DNA of 32,000 nucleotides from Candidatus Woesearchaeota archaeon (GTDB taxonomy: Archaea > Nanobdellota > Nanobdellia > Pacearchaeales > GW2011-AR1), in assembly GCA_964497435.1 (NCBI GenBank), contig CAZCCD010000002.1, forward strand, positions 1-32,000. The letters run 5' to 3'. Positions 30,274 to 32,000 of the stretch are shown here, one piece after another; position 1 is the first letter of the stretch, and the number at the start of each line of letters is the position of its first letter. The translations under genes were made by a program, and so were the position numbers. The notes below the pieces were generated by a model. It was not told where the DNA came from. It searched no databases and was given only the letters and a program-made list of their open reading frames with translations.

Positions 30274-30714
30274 CTAACTCTGAGTGTATAAATCAGGATT
30301 AAGAATCTTGCAAGTCTCTCCATTAACCTTATCGTCTTCTTTTAAGTTCTCATTATCACAAAGCTGTTCAGCTAAATTCCTAACAGTGTTAGCAGTATCG
30401 CTGCAAGAATCTTCAGGGAGCAGATGTGTGAATGTAGCATATTGTTCAAGATAATCACAATTTACAAACTGCTTCTTCCCAGCTATCTTGACTTCCTTAA
30501 ACTCATTGCAATAACTAGTTTTAAGATTATTACTTCCTGAAACATCACATGCCTTGGCAGCTACTTCTAAATCTCCTGGAAGAATTCCAATTTTTCCAAA
30601 TATAAAATCCCATCCTTTAATAAATCCGACAGCAACAACAACTAATACAATAATTCCCAGTATAAGCAATATTAAAGTTGAAATAGGCAGTCCTTGAGCC
30701 TTTTTATTAAACAT
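30274..30714 (-). CDS. Pilin-like protein (class III / type IV pilin-type signal peptide), Cys-containing globular domain
   Basis: MFNKKAQG|LPISTLILLILGIIVLVVVAVGF. Start taken at the ATG at 30714, preceded by GAGAGG; the ATG at 30732 is an alternative. 8 Cys in the C-terminal domain. Confidence 0.6.
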   Translation of the reverse strand: MFNKKAQGLPISTLILLILGIIVLVVVAVGFIKGWDFIFGKIGILPGDLEVAAKACDVSGSNNLKTSYCNEFKEVKIAGKKQFVNCDYLEQYATFTHLLPEDSCSDTANTVRNLAEQLCDNENLKEDDKVNGETCKILNPDLYTQS

Positions 30715-30780
30715 CTTAAGCCTCTCTTTCATATATAGGAATAACAAACAAGTGTTTATAAATATTTTTAATCTGTTTGA

Positions 30781-30799
30781 CTCACTCGTAAACTCGCTC
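30781..30799 (+). repeat. Fragment of the family-2 repeat
   Basis: ctcactcgtaaactcgctc shares tcgtaaactc and ctcactcg with 3443-3458. Its reverse complement, gagcgagtttacgagtgag, resembles 3367-3382 and 6306-6321. Confidence 0.4.
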
Positions 30800-30935
30800 A
30801 TCCATTAGTATTACTTTGAATCAGATTTCATTGTTTACTTTTATTGGATATAATCAATCATCAAATTGTTTTTTATCAACAATCATATAAATTTATGAGC
30901 GAAGCGAACTTATTCATTGATTGACGTTTGATTTC

Positions 30936-31337
30936 TTATTCTTCATTACTCTTTAATTTATACTCAACACGAAAAATACTCTTTTCTTCTTTCCAGAATA
31001 AAAAGCCAGACGAATCCTTTAATTCTTGGTACAAAATTATTTCTCCATTTTCATCCATCTTATAATCAACCCTGCTTAAATCTTTATGAAACGAATAATC
31101 TTCTATTTGTAAATTGATTTTCTCCATCCATTCAAGACTCTCAAATACCTTGCCTATCTTACTATCAGACACTATAAAACTGAATAAAGCCAAGGCACAA
31201 ACTAATACAACACCTATAACCAAAATACCTATACTTATGTCTCCTCTCTTGGTTTTTTTCAAAAACCAAGGATAAAAAAATTTCTTATTTTTTTCTTTAG
31301 ATTTTATTTTGCTTTGAAATAACTTATCCATTTTCAT
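30936..31337 (-). CDS. Pilin-like or N-terminally anchored small protein
   Basis: Basic N-terminus ..FLKKTKRG|DISIGILVIGVVLVCALALFSFIV. 133 aa. Overlaps the upstream gene by 14 nt. Confidence 0.5.
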   Translation of the reverse strand: MKMDKLFQSKIKSKEKNKKFFYPWFLKKTKRGDISIGILVIGVVLVCALALFSFIVSDSKIGKVFESLEWMEKINLQIEDYSFHKDLSRVDYKMDENGEIILYQELKDSSGFLFWKEEKSIFRVEYKLKSNEE

Positions 31338-31653
31338 TCACCCACTCCTTTATTTTATCTTTATTTTTGTCATTTAATTCAAAAGCCAGTAATGTTTTAA
31401 GATTAATAGAGCTTTCAGGAATATCTTGGGAATCTTCACCAAATGTTTTTAAAGAAACTCCAACATCTTTCAGTTTTCCAAGAAGAGATGAAGCATAAAT
31501 AAAAAGAAACAAAGTCACAATAATAACTATTGTAGCTATAATCCAGACAATTCCTTCACTCGCCTGTGCTTTTTTATCCAGGCTTGACCCTAACTTAAAG
31601 GAGATGTCATAAGAAGAACCTTGGTTCTTTTTATTACTTAGCATTTTTATCAA
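31324..31653 (-). CDS. Pilin-like or N-terminally anchored small protein
   Basis: ..LDKKAQA|SEGIVWIIATIVIIVTLFLFIYA. It shares the KKAQ[GA] motif with CDS 30274..30714. 109 aa. Confidence 0.5.
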   Translation of the reverse strand: MIKMLSNKKNQGSSYDISFKLGSSLDKKAQASEGIVWIIATIVIIVTLFLFIYASSLLGKLKDVGVSLKTFGEDSQDIPESSINLKTLLAFELNDKNKDKIKEWVNENG

Positions 31654-32000
31654 CTTTTCTCACCCCTGTCAAAATTTTAATTAAATATTGTTTATCATCT
31701 TTTAAAGAATAAAATCTTCTTTCAACGCACTTTGATAATTTCTCGTATTCTTTATCCCTTTGAATTTCACATTCAGAAGCAATATTCAAATTTCCATCTT
31801 CTATAGAAAAAACATTTTTGTTTAAATCTTCAACACCAAAAAAATCAGCCTTAATATAATACTCTTGATAATCTATTGTTTCTTCAGGTTCAAAGTTCAA
31901 ATTACATTCTTCAAGAAAATTTCTTTTAAATTCGTCATTAAAACTCTCATTCTTAAATAATTCTTGATTTAATTCTCCTTTAAAAGAAAAACAATCAGCA
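31634..32000 (-). CDS. Partial CDS, C-terminal part (the frame stays open to the right edge); unknown product
   Basis: Hand translation of 31901-31999 in the same frame has no stop (..ADCFSFKGELNQELFKNESFNDEFKRNFLEECN-LNFEPEE..). The TTG start in the ORF track is therefore probably internal. Confidence 0.45.
   Translation of the reverse strand, partial: ADCFSFKGELNQELFKNESFNDEFKRNFLEECNLNFEPEETIDYQEYYIKADFFGVEDLNKNVFSIEDGNLNIASECEIQRDKEYEKLSKCVERRFYSLKDDKQYLIKILTGVRKVDKNAK

Noticed and set aside
1-32000. CRISPR arrays, rRNA genes, transposases or integrases
   Set aside because: No regularly spaced direct repeats, no rRNA-like conserved stretches, and no DDE, tyrosine- or serine-recombinase-like ORFs were seen anywhere in the window.

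Overview
AT-rich (about 30% GC by eye), tightly packed archaeal chromosomal segment. Archaeal housekeeping markers are clear: FtsY, SRP54, Bud32 kinase, ribosomal protein S15, a RecJ/DHH nuclease, aIF2-alpha, Nop10, RadA, RPA, aEF-1beta, NDK, PurM and one tRNA-Gln(UUG). Small or reduced versions of conserved proteins and many unknown membrane and surface proteins suggest a small-genome DPANN-like archaeon; this is inference only. Main observations: (1) A dispersed family of short GC-enriched, partly palindromic repeats. Copies lie in intergenic DNA, next to the tRNA and in the srp54 leader, and two lie in frame inside the bud32 kinase gene, expanding it by about 100 codons. (2) A bacterial-style signal-peptide plus 8-strand beta-barrel OMP-like gene sits between srp54 and bud32. 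(3) An identical 19-nt hairpin motif lies 1 nt upstream of the ATG of both srp54 and rps15. (4) A PHP-family EndoQ-like nuclease is interrupted at its SDAH motif by a 448-aa intein carrying a LAGLIDADG endonuclease and an XRE-type HTH. (5) A minus-strand cluster holds three pilin-like (class III signal peptide-like) genes, two unknown polytopic membrane proteins and an A24 prepilin peptidase, with no ATPase or platform gene in view. (6) A 1191-aa sequon-rich surface protein shares its C-terminal anchoring module with a small neighbouring paralogue. (7) A hicB antitoxin is followed by a decayed hicA. (8) Bacterial-type AcpS, degenerate HIT and Nudix proteins and a truncated Nop10 are present. 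Many genes have a TTTATAAA-like box centred 24-27 nt upstream of the ATG, which suggests mostly leaderless transcripts. No CRISPR array, rRNA or transposase was seen.
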